64,000 bases of DNA, from assembly GCA_004431415.1 (NCBI GenBank), contig QPMI01000183.1, positions 62,001-126,000 on the forward strand. Direction: 5' to 3'. The translations under genes and the position numbers were made by a program. Positions within the stretch are counted from its first letter, which is position 1; each line of letters begins with the position of its first letter. The notes below the pieces were generated by a model, which saw only the letters and a list, made by a program, of their open reading frames with translations, had not been told where the DNA came from and did not search any database. Origin of the DNA: Cyanophora paradoxa CCMP329 (lineage: Eukaryota; Plantae; Glaucophyta). Of this stretch, positions 1 through 11,842 are shown piece by piece.

Positions 1-1533
1 GATCCGCAGATTCGAGGCCTCACCGGCGGGCGGCAGGCGCGGCCCGCGGAGGAGGCATCCGTCGCAGCGACCAGGCTTATGCAGGACGAGAATTTCGCCG
101 ATACAATCTTCGCGAAGCTGGCGCGGAAGCAGATAGGGCATGTGCGCCAAAGCGCCAGGCCTCCATCAAATCCCGGAGTCAGTCCTAACACCGCGCGCTC
201 CGCAGAAGGACGATGTGTTCTGCCAGTGGCTCTATGAGTGGTACCTGACCGGCAACGAGGGCGCGCAGCTGCTCGTTCTCCGCTTCGTCCCCATGCTCCT
301 CTTCCACTACCTCACCCGGCTGTCGCATAACGACTTGCCGCCCGGTGCGCCGCGGGAGCGGTCGTGTGCGCCGCCGCAGTGGGCAAACGAGCGTCTGCAG
401 CGGGCGTGGAGGCGCTGCTCGTCGGCATCTACAACTTCGACGCGCTGCGCCCGGCGAGCCAGCAGGCACCCGCGAACACCTTCCGCATGCCCTCCGCCTC
501 CCTCTCTTCCCCCTTCCACGCCGGCCCGTCCGGAGCCTCGGCCGCCCTCGAGACTGTGACCGTCGAACCGCCTCCCCAGGTGCCCGCGGCTCCTGGCCAT
601 GGGCCGGCCGGCCGCCGCGCCAGCGCCGCTGAGCGACCCGTAGCCGATCCGGGAGATGAACGCCGCGAACCGGCCGCTAGTGGCGCGCCTTTGCCTCTCC
701 AAGTTCACGAGCGTCATATCCCGCATCCCCCTCTCCAGCCGCATCCACTTCTGCGAGGGGAGCCACAGGCGCGCCCTCCCCGCACCTCCCGCCCCCGCCC
801 TCTGTCCCCGCCATCCCCGCCGACGCGGCGAGGCGCGGCAGGCTACTGGCGACCGGGTACCCGAAGCTGGGGATACGGAACGCGGCGCTGGTCGACACGC
901 TCGCCAAGCACCCCGAGTGCGCCGCCGCCGCCGCCGCGCGCGCGCCAGGCGGCCTCACCGGCGTCGCGCAGACCGCAGGCGGCGAGGGCCGGTGAGGGGG
1001 CGGCGGCCGGCGGGGGAGCAGCGCGCCGGTGTACCGGACGTTCAGCCTGGGGCACGTGAAGCAGACGCTGAAGCTCGGGCACTCGAAGCGGAGCATCGTG
1101 GTGGACCCCGCCGTCGGCGCCGCCGCCTCCGGCGCCTACAGCTCCGCCACCTCCGCCGCCGAGCGCATGTGGGGCAGCGACGCCTCCGCCGCCGGCGCCG
1201 GCGCCGGCGCCCTCACCCTCTCCTCGAGCTCGGCCGACGGCGCGGCGGTGGCGGCGGCGCGGCGGCGGGGGGCGCGCGCGTGCCGCTGTGCCCGCAGACG
1301 ATCACGGCGATGCTGTCCGGGCTGGCCTTCTGCCTGCACGCGCCCCAGACCCGCCAGGTGCGCGAGAGACGGGCCGGGGGGTGCCGGAGGGGGCGGCAAG
1401 GGCGGGGCTGAGGGCGCTGGGGCAGGCGGCGCAGGCGGCGGTGGACGCGGCGCACGGGCGGGCGGCGTACGACCTCCTCCCCGACGTCCTCCTCGTCTCC
1501 TCCTCCCTCCTCGCCATGCACGGCGTCCAGTAG
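1..1533 (+). CDS. FAM126: FAM126/hyccin family protein (PI4KIIIa complex), multi-exon, 5' end outside window
   Basis: Spliced peptides FCQWLYEWYLTG..LLVLRFVPMLL, GVEALLVGIYN, TFRMPSASLSSPFH and AAHGRAAYDLLPDVLLVSSSL match remembered hyccin motifs; TAG at 1531-1533. Confidence 0.8.
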
Positions 1534-1679
1534 CGCCCGACTGCAGCACTCGGCGCCCCCCGCATGGCCAGCGCCCCCCAACCCCCACCAGCCCCCACAT
1601 CGTCTTGTTGAATCTACTTCCGCTCGCGCGCTTCGTCTGCGAGCAGCAGGAACGCAGCGGGGCCCGCTGCTTAGCCGTT

Positions 1680-1760
1680 GTACCCGGGCCCGAGCCACTG
1701 TACCCGCGACCGAGCCACCGGTGCCGTACCCGGGCCCGAGCCGCTACCGCGCTAGTACCC
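1680..1760. promoter_or_regulatory. Cluster of four GTACCC motifs upstream of LIG3, three within a repeated GTACCCGNGNCCGAGCC unit
   Basis: GTACCC at 1680, 1700, 1726 and 1755, about 30-110 nt before ATG 1791. Confidence 0.5.
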
Positions 1761-1790
1761 GCTACGGCCCGCTACGGGAATCAGTGAGAA

Positions 1791-4700
1791 ATGGCGACGC
1801 TTGCGGCCCTGGAGAGGGTGGCCGAGGAGGTCGCCTCGCTCCCCGGGCACCTGGACAAGCAGGCCGTCCTCCGGCGCTACTTCAGCGACCTGAACAGTGA
1901 GCCCGGAAAGGTCTTCCTTGCTGTAAAGCTGCTTCTGCCGCTCAAGAACATAGACCAGCGGTACGGGGCGCGCTCGAAGTACTGTGCCGTGCGTACGCGT
2001 CTGCAGCTGAGCTGCATGCAGTGTCTACAACCTCCGCGATGCGCGCATGGTCCGGCTTCTCTCAAGACTCTGCGGTACACATGACGCTTACGGACATGCG
2101 CCTGAATCGACACGCGTATGCGCAGACGTGGATGCCGACGACGTGCAGCGAGTGCTGGATTCAAGCGGCGACATAAGCGCGACAGCGGCGAAGTTTTTCG
2201 CAGGTGTCGCCACAGCTAAGAAGAGCACGCTTACGCTGGCAGAGGCGGATGCTTTCCTGGAGGCATGCGAGGGACCGCCCGCATAGCTGGCCCAGCGCTC
2301 GTCCGAACCCGTGCGCCTCCGCAGAGCCTGAACGGGCTGACGACGGAGGACCAGCAGTTCGCCCGTTTCGAGCCAATCTCGAAGCGCTGCACGCCCGCGT
2401 GCGCGCCTGCGCCTCATCAGAGGGCCCATTCCCACCGCACGGCCCGGAGCTAAGTCGGCGGCGGCGGGTGTGGGGCAGGGACATGAAGATGCTCGTGCGC
2501 TGCATCAACAAGGACGCGCGCATCGGGGCCGGCTCCAAGCTCGTCCTCAACGCCATCCACCCCGACGCCGCCGCTGGTCCGCGGCGCCGCTGCCGTCGGC
2601 GTCGGCCGGCGCAGCGCCTCTGACGGGCGGCGGCAGCGTTCGCGTCCTCGTCGGACCTGCGGGGCACGGTGGAGATGGCCCTCAAGGGCTCCCTCCCCGA
2701 CTCGCAGCCGGACGGAGGCGAAGGGACGGACGAGGAGGCCGGCGGGGGCGGCGGGGCCGGGGGCGGGGCGGCGGCGGGGACCCCGCAGAGGGCGACGCCG
2801 CAGAAGAAGGGGAAGGGCCTCGCCTTCCAGGTCGCCCCCTTCGCCTGCGTCAAGCCCATGCTCGCCGGGTCCGCAGCCGCCCGCCCCGCGCCCCGCCGCG
2901 GCGCCCGGGCCCCGCGCGGGGCGCGACGGGGCGGGGGGGCGGGGCAGGCCGGCGAAGGACCTGGACGAGCTGATGGAGAAGCGCTGCCGCGAGGGCGCCT
3001 ACGTCGAGATCAAGTACGACGGCGAGCGCCTCCAGGCGAGCCGGCGCCGCGCTCGCCGGGCGGCCGCCCCGGGGGGGCGCTGAGGCGAGGCCCCGGGGCA
3101 GGTGCACAAGAGGGGCGGGGAATACAAGTTCTACTCGAGGGCGGGGAAGCCCTTCGACGCCTCCAAGATCGCCGAGGTCGAGCAGGCGCGCTCCCCCGCC
3201 GCCCACGCCCCCGGACCCCGAGGCCTCCTGACGGGCCGTGCAGGCGGTGCGGACGGCCCTCGCCTCGGCCTCCTCCTGCATCATCGACGGCGAGGTCCTG
3301 GCCTACGACACCAAGGCCCGTCGTCCCGCCCCGTCCCGCTCCTTCTCCCCCGCGACGGGCCGCCCTCCGCGCAGCTCAAGCACTTCCTGCCCTTCGGCGC
3401 CACCAACAAGCACAAGAAGAAAGTGCGCGGTGGCCCGTTGTACCCCCCCCCCCGGGCCCCTTCCTCGGCGCCGGCGGTGAGAGCGGGGCGGGGCAGGACT
3501 ACCCGAATGCAGTGGTTTGTTTCGTTGGTCTGCCTGCTTCCCGGTCCTTTGTCTCCTCCTTTCCCTGACGTGGGTCGTAGCCTTTGACATCCTCTACCTC
3601 GACGGCCGGCACGCCGCCCTCCGCCCGCCCCGCCCCGATTGCGGTCGAGGCGGAGGGCCGCTGCAGGTCGCTGCTGGAGGAGACGATGCGGGAGCGGCGG
3701 CGGCTCCTCGCCGGCGCCATCCGCCTCTCTCCCCCCAAGGCCCGCCCCGCCCCGCCCCGTCCCGCCCCGCCCCGCCCCGCCCCGTCCCGCCCCGGGGGGC
3801 GGGGGCCGAGGGGGCGGGGGCAGGTGGTGCTCTCGGAGATGACGGAGGTGCTCAAGGGCGAGAAGCAGAAGCTCGCCGACCTCTTCCTCGAGCGCGCCCC
3901 GCCCCGCCCCGCCCGGCGCTCTCCCCCGCTGACGGGGCGGTGCCGGCGGGCAGCTCGATCCAGCGCAACGAGGAGGGCCTCATGTTCAAGCCCTTCGAGA
4001 GCACGTACGAGCCGAACAAGCGGCACTGGTGGAAGCTCAAGAAGGGCGCGCCGCGCGGCCGCGCCGCGGGGCCGCGGGGCGAGAGCCGCGGGGCTGACGG
4101 GCGGGGCGGGGCGGGGGCAGACTACCTGGAGGGGATGGCCGACACGTGTGACCTCGTCTGCCTCGGCGCCTACTTCGGCAAGGGCTCCAAGGGCGGCATG
4201 CTCTCCAGTCCGCCCCGCCCCGCCGCCGCCCCGTTCTCGGCTCGCTTGCAGGGGCCGGGCTGAGCCAGCGCGCGCAGTCTTCCTCATGGGCGCATGGGAC
4301 GCCTCGGACAAAACCTGGAAGACCGTCTGCAAGGCGCGCGCGCACGCCCCCCGGGGCGCTGGCGGGGGAAGGGAGCCGAGGCGGGGGCCGGCAGGTGGGG
4401 AACGGCTTCGACGACGCGACGATCGACCGGTTGCAGCGCGAGCTCAAGGCCTCCGGCCTCCTCCGCCCCGTCTCCGAGGCGCGCCCCGCCGCGTGAGACG
4501 CTTGTCGCGGGGCGCGAGCGGGGCCCGGCAGGTGGGCGTCCCCGCGCACATCTCCGTGTCGAACTCCGAGAAGCCCGACTACATCGCCCCCGACCCCAAG
4601 AAGTGCCCGCCCCGCCCCGCCCCGCCCCGCCCCGCCCCGCCCCGCCCCGCCCCGACCCGACCCGCCGGCCCCCCGCCCTCCTCACGCGCGCTCACGGGGG

Positions 4701-5981
4701 GAGGGCGCGCCGCGCCCGGGGGCGGCAGGATGCCGGTGTGGGAGGTGAAGGGGTTCGAGATGACGGAGAGCAAGAGCCACACGGCCGGCCTCTCCGTCCG
4801 CTTCCCCCGCATCGAGCGCGAGCGCCCCGACAAGGCCCGCCCCCTCCCTGCCCCTGCCGCCCCCGGGCCCACCGCACGCCCGCCCCCCGCAGGACTACAC
4901 CACCGCGAACGACCTCGCGCACCTTAGGTGCCCCTCGCAGCCTCCTGAGGCGCCGCCCGGCCTCCCCGCCGCACGGCTCTGATTCCCTTCCCAGGAATCT
5001 GATGAACACGGCGAAGGCCCGGTCCGCCAGCGCCTCCTCGCTCAAGGGGGTACGCCTTTCCCGCACGCGATCGGGTACCCCCGCACAGCGCGATCGATCC
5101 GCCCGTTCGTCCGCAGGGGAAGAAGGCGCCCGCGGCGAAGAAGGACCCTCCGAAGAAGGCCGCGGGGGGTGCCAAGAAGGCCTCGGGGGCTACCAAGAAG
5201 GCCGCCGGGGGCGCCAAGAAGGGCGCCGACGCGGGCCGCAAGCGCAAGAAGGACGACGAGGAGGAGGACGAAGAGGAGGAGGCGGCCAGCGGGGACGAGG
5301 ATGAGGAGGCGGATGCGGAGGGCGAGAGCACGGAGGAGGAGGAGGAGGAGGACGCGAAAGCGGGGGCAGGCCCCTCGAAGGCGGGGGCTAGGCCAGCGCC
5401 GCCGCCGGCCGGCGACTGGCTCTCCGCCGTCAAGCTCCGGGGCCGCGGGGGCGCGCAGAGGCGCCGCGCCGGCAGCGACGAGGAGGACGAGGAGGGGTCG
5501 GACGGGGAGGACGGCGGGGCGCCCTCCAGGCCCGCGAAGCGGCCGCGGGCGGGGCCGGCGGCGGGGCCGGCGCGGGGCCGGGGCAAGGCGCCGGCGGCCG
5601 ACGAGGACGAGGACGACGAAGAAAAGACGGAGGATGAGGAGGACGGAGTCCCCGGCCCCTCGGGAGGAGCATCTTCCTCGCGACCCGGCCCTCCCCCCGG
5701 CATGCAGGCGCGGCCCGCCCCGCGCCTCCCCGCCCTCGCTGCGCCCTGACTCCTCGGCAGGCCTGCAAGTATGCTTCTCGCGCCCGGCGTTGCCGCAGAA
5801 ACCCGACGCTGATCGCTATCGATATCGCAGGTATGGGGCCGCCTGCTACAGGAAGAATCCCCAGGTGCCCCCTCCCCTAGCGCCGCCCCGGCCCCGCAGC
5901 AGCCCCCATCCCGCGTTTCCGCCGACCCCCGGTCTCGCGCAGCACATCCGGGACTTTTGGCACCCCCCGAAGGCGTCCTAG
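1791..5981 (+). CDS. LIG3: ATP-dependent DNA ligase III-like, ~26 exons, K/E-rich linker, C-terminal PBZ zinc finger
   Basis: Motif I [68 protein letters not shown] (LIG3-type), SVRFPRIERERPDK; C-terminus CKYGAACYRKNPQHIRDFWHP. Confidence 0.9.
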
Positions 5982-6283
5982 ACACGCCGCTCCGGAGGGG
6001 GCCTCGCCCTTCCCGCGCCTGCGGCTGAGCTGCTTGTGCATGTTGTCCCCACACGAGCCGGCCGAGCAATCCATGGAGTCCGGCGCCCAAACCACCAGAG
6101 CTGATACGAGGCGCGCTCGACAAGTCGGTCGCTACTGGGGCTGTAGGCTGATCGCTGACGGGCTGAAGCTTTAACGCAGGCGAAGCGCCGCGGCTTCGCG
6201 TGGTGCCCGGGCGCGGGGTTGAAGCGGGGAAGGGAACTGAAACTGAATTATACGAGGTATATGTTACAAGCCTACTCCGGCCT

Positions 6284-6752
6284 CTATTCGACGACAGTAA
6301 TGTTGATCTCCTTCTTGCCCTCCGGGACCTCCCAGGGCTTCCACTCTGCGCGCGACGAGGCCGCCGCGAGCGGGCGGCGTCGGTCGGGAGGAAACGGGCA
6401 TATGGACGCTAAACAGCGCGTTGCGGGAGCTGGGTGCCGCACCGGCCATCTTGGGGATGAGGGTGAGCTCGTCCTCGGCCTGATCGATGAGGAGCTCCAT
6501 CTTGCCGCAGCCGATGCCCGCCTCAATCGCTGCGCGCTCGGACTCCTTGTTCACAATCGAAAGGCGGTGGTTGTAGATGGTCTCGACGTGCTTCCGGTAG
6601 GGGGCGTGCTCTGGAATCCGGGTCTTGACCTCGTCAAGAACGAGCTGTAGCCGGTTCTGCAGGACATCCCGAGCGTTCTGGAGCTCAGGGATGCCGACCC
6701 AGCCCGCCGATTTGGGCGTCGGCATCAGCCGCATCAGAGTGCGCCTGAACAT
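6284..6752 (-). CDS. NDUFA5: NADH dehydrogenase subunit A5/B13; 2 exons (intron 6346-6442)
   Basis: IPEHAPYRKHVETIYNHRL..IEAGIGCGKMELLIDQAEDELTLIPKMA|EWKPWE. Confidence 0.92.
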
Positions 6753-6912
6753 GGTGGATGCGCTTCGCCGAGTTCGAACTGCGCACAGAGCCACGCGGTC
6801 AGCGGCGTGGCGGTTGCCGGCGGGTCGACCCACCAGGCGGCCGAGTACCCTCCCTGGGGGGAGGGAGGCGAGGGTACTGCGGCTCTACCGGCAGTTGAAA
6901 CCAAACCGAACC

Positions 6913-8194
6913 ATGCCGAACTTGCGAGTGGGCGAGCAAGCTTTGCTTCAGTTCACCCTTCAAGACCAGGCGAGTTTCGCCGCCGCCGCCGCCGTCGACG
7001 CCGCCCGCTGTCAGCTGCAGAACTAGTGCCACCTCCGCCCGCGAACGCTGCGGCGCATAAGAGAGATAGACCGAAGGACCTCTCGTTCCGTGCACAGCCG
7101 CTCCCGCCCGTGCCTCTCGCTTACGTCCAACGGCCCCGTCGACAGCTCTCCAATTTCGTCCAGTTGTCCAAGGTTCTGGTGTGCCATAGCTTGCTTTAGT
7201 CTAGCGCCTGCGACGTGACCGCGGTCGCAGGGAAACAAGAACCTCTGCATCTTCTTCTTCGCTTCGGTGAGCCGAGCGATGTGAAGGGAATAGCAGTGGT
7301 AGCGGAGGCTCCAGCGTTGTTTGGGACGATATCCGAGCCCCCACGTCGTCCGAGCTTGCGGATCAAATTCTACGCGGGTGTCCAGCCATTAGCTTGCCCC
7401 GCGGCCGAGCTCCGTAGCACCCCCTAGCCACCGACTTGCCGCTCCGTAGCATGCCCTCTGTAGCCGCGCAGGCCTACGCGGAGTGTTCTATCCAGACCGC
7501 GCTAACGGCCGCTCAGTGCAACGACCCGGCGGACATCAAGGAGGCGCAGCTGTTCGCGCGGTATTACAGTGAGTTTCAGGCCGCAAACTGCGAGGTCGTC
7601 GGCATCACGGGCCGCCCGCTGCCCGAGGTCGCCGTCTTCTCGTCCAAGTATGAGCTGCCGTTCGCCGTCCTGTCCGACCCCCAGCTGGAGGCCGCCGCGA
7701 TGCTGAAAGTGCGCCTCCGCGCCGGGCTGGCTGGCATACGAAGGGTCTTGACGGCAACGCCGCCCGCAGGTCCGCCCCACGCTCGGCTTCTTCCCGAAGC
7801 GTGTCACGGTGCGCCGGCCCCCGCGCGCATCGCCGGCGCCGCCTGACCGGGGGTCGCCGGGCAGTACGTGATCGACCAGCGCGCCCGGGTGCAAATGTGC
7901 TACGACTCTCCCTCCTCGGCCGACCAGCACGTGGCCCGCGCCCTCGACGCCGCCCAGAAGACCTCCGTCGCGGTGCGGGGGCCGGGGGGCGGGCGCCGAG
8001 GTCCTGGCGCTCCGTCGGGCCTGATTCGCGCTGGGCAGATCACCCCCGTCCAGATTCAGAGCCCCTACATCTCCGAGCGGGAGGCCTGCTGCGGTGCGCG
8101 GGCGCCAGCTGGGGTGCCGGGGGCCGACCCGGCGCCGCCCCCGCTGACGGCCCGCGCAGGGATGTGGACCTTCTTGATGCCGCGCATGATGTGA
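6913..8194 (+). CDS. BCP/PrxQ-like AhpC-TSA fold protein, apparently lacking the peroxidatic Cys
   Basis: MPNLRVGEQALLQFTLQDQ, KEAQLFARYYSEFQAANCEVVGIT, YELPFAVLSDP, FFPKRVTYVID, QHVARAL. Middle exons uncertain. Confidence 0.75.
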
Positions 8195-8231
8195 GGCGCT
8201 GTACATGTACAGTCGTAGGCGCGCGCTAGCC

Positions 8232-11200
8232 TTAAGGTAGCTCGAATAGATTCAGGGACAGCCGGACTACCTGGCGAGGGGGCCGGAGCGGGAGGCGGGG
8301 CCGGGGGGCACAATGGGGAGGGGCGCGGGGCCGGACGGGTCCGGGGCGAAGCCGAGGGCGGCGGCGGCCTGGGCGGCGCCGTACTGGACGGGGAAGGTGC
8401 CGAGGAAGGTGCTCTGGAGGGTGGTGTCGTTGGAGAGGGCCGCGCCGAGGTTCGCCTCCACGGCCGCCAGCCGCTCCTTCATCGCCCCCAGCAGCTTCTC
8501 CACGCGCCCGACCGTGCTCGGCTGCTTCTGCGGCCGCCGCGGCCGCCGCTCCCGCTCCAGCCGCTCGATCGCCGCCATCCGCACCTCCTGGTTCATCGCC
8601 GCCTGGATCTGCCCCCGGGCGCATCAGCGGCGGCGCGCCGGGGAGCCTCGGGGCGAGGCGGGGGCGGGCCTTGCGGATGGCGGTGAGGCGCTCGTGGCTC
8701 TTCTGGGGTCCGGAGCGCGCGGCGGCGGGGACGTGCGACGGGTGCGCGAGCATAAAGCGCAGCGCCGTCGCCGCGCTCCGCGTCTCCCCCCGCATCTTCG
8801 TGCCGGGCGCCAGCGGCGGCAGCAGCCGCGCCCGGACGCCCTGCACGGCGGCGGCCGCCCCCTCCTCGCCGTCGGAGAAGTAGTCCGCCTCCTCCAGCTG
8901 CCGGCGCGTCGCACGGGGGGGCGGGGAGGGGCGGGGCGGGGCGGGGGCGCGCCTCCATGTCCGGGTCCTCCTCCTCCTCCTCCTCCTCGTAGAAGCCGGC
9001 CGCCTGTGGGCCCACTGCGCCCCGGGCCTCAGCGCTCGCGGGGCGGGGCCCGGGGCCGGAGGGGGGGCGGGCCCTGGGTGAGGAAGGCGCCGCCGGCGGA
9101 GACGAACTCGAGGGCGCCGGGCGGGCGCCCGTGCGGCGCCGTCGAGCGCCCGTCCCCCGATGCCGACATCGACGCGCCCTCCAGCTGCCGCCCCGCCGCC
9201 TCAGGCGCGAGAGGAGGGCGGGGGCGGGCACGGGCGCGGCGCACCTCGTCGGAGCGGGCGGCGGAGGCGCGGCCGGCGGGGGCGGGGCGGGCGGCGTGGG
9301 CGACAGCGCGGGCGTACGTGCGGCCGATGACGGGCGGGAGGGGGCGGGGCGCCCCGTCGGCGACGACGAGCACGGCGGGGGCCCGCCCGGCGGCCTCCGC
9401 GGCGGCCTCGAGGGCGGCGCAGAGGTCCGGGAGGAGCTCGGGGCCGGCGGGGGCGGGGGCGGAGAGGGGGAGGAGTAGGCGGCCTCCTTCTCGCGGGCGG
9501 AGGTGGCGGCGGCGCCGCGGGCGGAGGCGATGGGGGCCGGCGCGGGGCGCGGGGCTCGTGGGCGGCGGCGGCGCGGGCGGCGCGGCGGAGGAGGAGCGGG
9601 TTGCCGAAGAGGACGAGCTCCTCGAGGGCGGGGAGGGCGGCCAGGGGCAGCAGGCCCGCCTCCTCGCCCACCGCGTTCTGCGCCAGGTTCAGCGCCGCCA
9701 GCTGCCCGAAGCCGCTGCCCGCCCCCGCCCCCTCCGGGAAGCGCTGCAGCTGGTTCCCCCGCAGGTTCAGCACCCGCAGCCTGCCGGGGGGTCAGGGGAG
9801 GCGCGGGGGGTGGGGGGAGGGGCGGGGGCGGGCCTGGGGGCGGAGGCGAGGGCGAGGAGCGGGGCGTCGCGGGCGAGGCGGTTGTGCTCGAGGGAGAGGA
9901 TCTCGAGGGCGGCGAAGGGGGCCCAGTCGGGCGGCAGCGCGGCGAGGGCGTTGTGCGAGAGGTCGAGCTCGCGCAGCGCCGGCAGCGCCGCCAGCCGCGG
10001 CAGGCACTCCCACGAGAGCCCGTTGTACGCCAGGTTCAGCACCTGCGCGCCCGGCGCCCGTCGGCTCGGCTCGGCTCGGCTCGGCTCGGCGGGGCGGGGC
10101 GGGGGCGTGGGCGGGGGACCTCGAGGGCGGCGAAGGCGCCGTCGGGGACGGAGAGGGAGGCGAGGCCGTTGCAGTAGAGGTGGAGCTCCCGCAGCGCCGG
10201 CAGCCCCGCCAGCTGCGCCAGCTGCACGCTGCGCCCCGGCTCGCCCCCGGCGCGGGGCGCGGGCACGGGCGGGGGCGCGGGGCGGGGGCGGGGCGGCGGA
10301 CTTGTTGTCGCCGAGGTCTGCGCGGGCGAGGCGGGCGAAGAAGGGGAGGTCCTCCTCGCTGACCTCGTTGAACTCGCGCCCCACGAGCACCGCGTCCACC
10401 GCCTCCCCGGGGTCCTCCTCCCCGCTGCCCGCCCCCGGCCCAGCTCGTCGGCGCCCGCGCGCAGCCCCCGCCGCCCCCTCCCGCCCCCGCGCACCTGGCC
10501 GCGAGGAGGGCGAATCCGTCGAGGACGCGGCGTTTGTGGGCGTGGGCGAGGTGCTTGCGGAAGGTGCGCTCGGCGGCCGCCTGCCGCGCCTGTTGCGCCG
10601 CCGCCGCCTCCGCGTCGCTGCGGCGCAGCGCCGGCGGCTTGCTCGGGGGCGGCACGGGGAGCCCGACGAGGGCGTCCGTGTTGCTCTGCTGCTTCAGGAT
10701 CTTCGCCTTGTGGCCGCGGTAGTTGTAGATCGGCGTCGCCGCCTTCCGCCCGCGCTCCGGCCCCGGCGAGGCCGGGCCCGAGGCCGAGGCGGAGGCCGTC
10801 GTCGCCGCCGCCGGCCGCTCCGGCAGCACGTAGCCCGACGCGGTGACCTCCTCGAGGCGGGCGTCGGAGACGCGCTGAAAGCGGGTGGAGAGGGGCCGCG
10901 AGGAGACGCGCGGGGAGGGCAGCTCCGCAGAGAGCACCGCCTGGGCGTCCAGCGGCGGCGGCCGCGGCGCCTCCGCCCCGGCCCCGCCGCCGCCTCGCTC
11001 TGCGGCCTCGCGCCCCGCGCGCTTCCGCCCCGCTGGTCCGCCGGGGCGGGCAGCGGCGAGGCCCCCGTGCTGCTGTAGCCCTCCGACGGCGACCCCTCCG
11101 CCTCCCCCTCCGAGCGTCGCGGCGTGGCGCTCGCCATCTCGGCCGCCGGCCCCTCCCTCTCCGCATCGGCTTCGGGCGGTGGCTGCGATTGCCCCGCCTC

Positions 11201-11740
11201 TGGCTGCGGCTGCGCCCCTTCGGACTCGGGCTCGGCAGAGGGTTCGGCTCCCGCGTCGTCTCCCGGGGCTGCTGGCGCCTCCTCGCCTGCCCCCGCCCCC
11301 GCCGCCTGCTCCTGCTCCTGCTCCTGCTCCTGGGCCGCCTCAGCCTCGCCAGCAGGCTCGCCCGCCTCCTCAGGGGCGGCATCCGCGGCTTCCTCCTCGC
11401 CCGCCGCTGCCGCCTCGTCGCCGGCCTCCTCGAGCGCGGGCTCACCGTCGGCGGCGGCATCCGGCTCCGCGCTTTCCTCAGCGGGCAGCGCCTCTTCCGT
11501 AGCTAATTCTGCGGCAGCTTCTCCCACTGCTGCAGCATCCGTGGCGTCTACAGCTTCGTCGTCGTCAGTGAGTGCGCCCGCGGGCTGATCTGCAGTCTCC
11601 TTTGCGGAATCTTCCACGCTTTCCGCGGGCTCAGCTGCTTCCGTCGCGGGCTTGTCCGGCGCTGCCTCCGCCTCCGCGGGTAGGTCGTCCGGCGCTGCAT
11701 CCCGGGGCTCCGCGGCCGGCTCGGCTGCGTCCTGCTCCAT
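8232..11740 (-). CDS. XRRA1: XRRA1-like leucine-rich repeat protein with long acidic Ala/Glu/Pro N-terminus
   Basis: VLDGFALL followed by LRRs (LPALRELHLYCNGL, LEVLNLAYNGL, LRELDLSHNAL, LEILSLEHNRL, LEELVLFGNPL) in XRRA1-like order; C-terminal ALRFMLAHP. Confidence 0.7.
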
Positions 11741-11842
11741 CGAGTAGGCGACGCCGATGCTTCTCCTCCGCGCGCGGGATTGCTGTAGGGAATACCGATC
11801 TGGACTGTCAGAGGGGTAGAGGCGTCAAGACCTTGCATCAAA

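Noticed and set aside
8313-11078. Very long R/G/P/A-rich ORFs such as 921 aa here, 762 aa at 26323-28611 and 590 aa at 25091-26863
   Set aside because: Antisense or off-frame shadows of spliced genes; stop codons are rare at this GC content.
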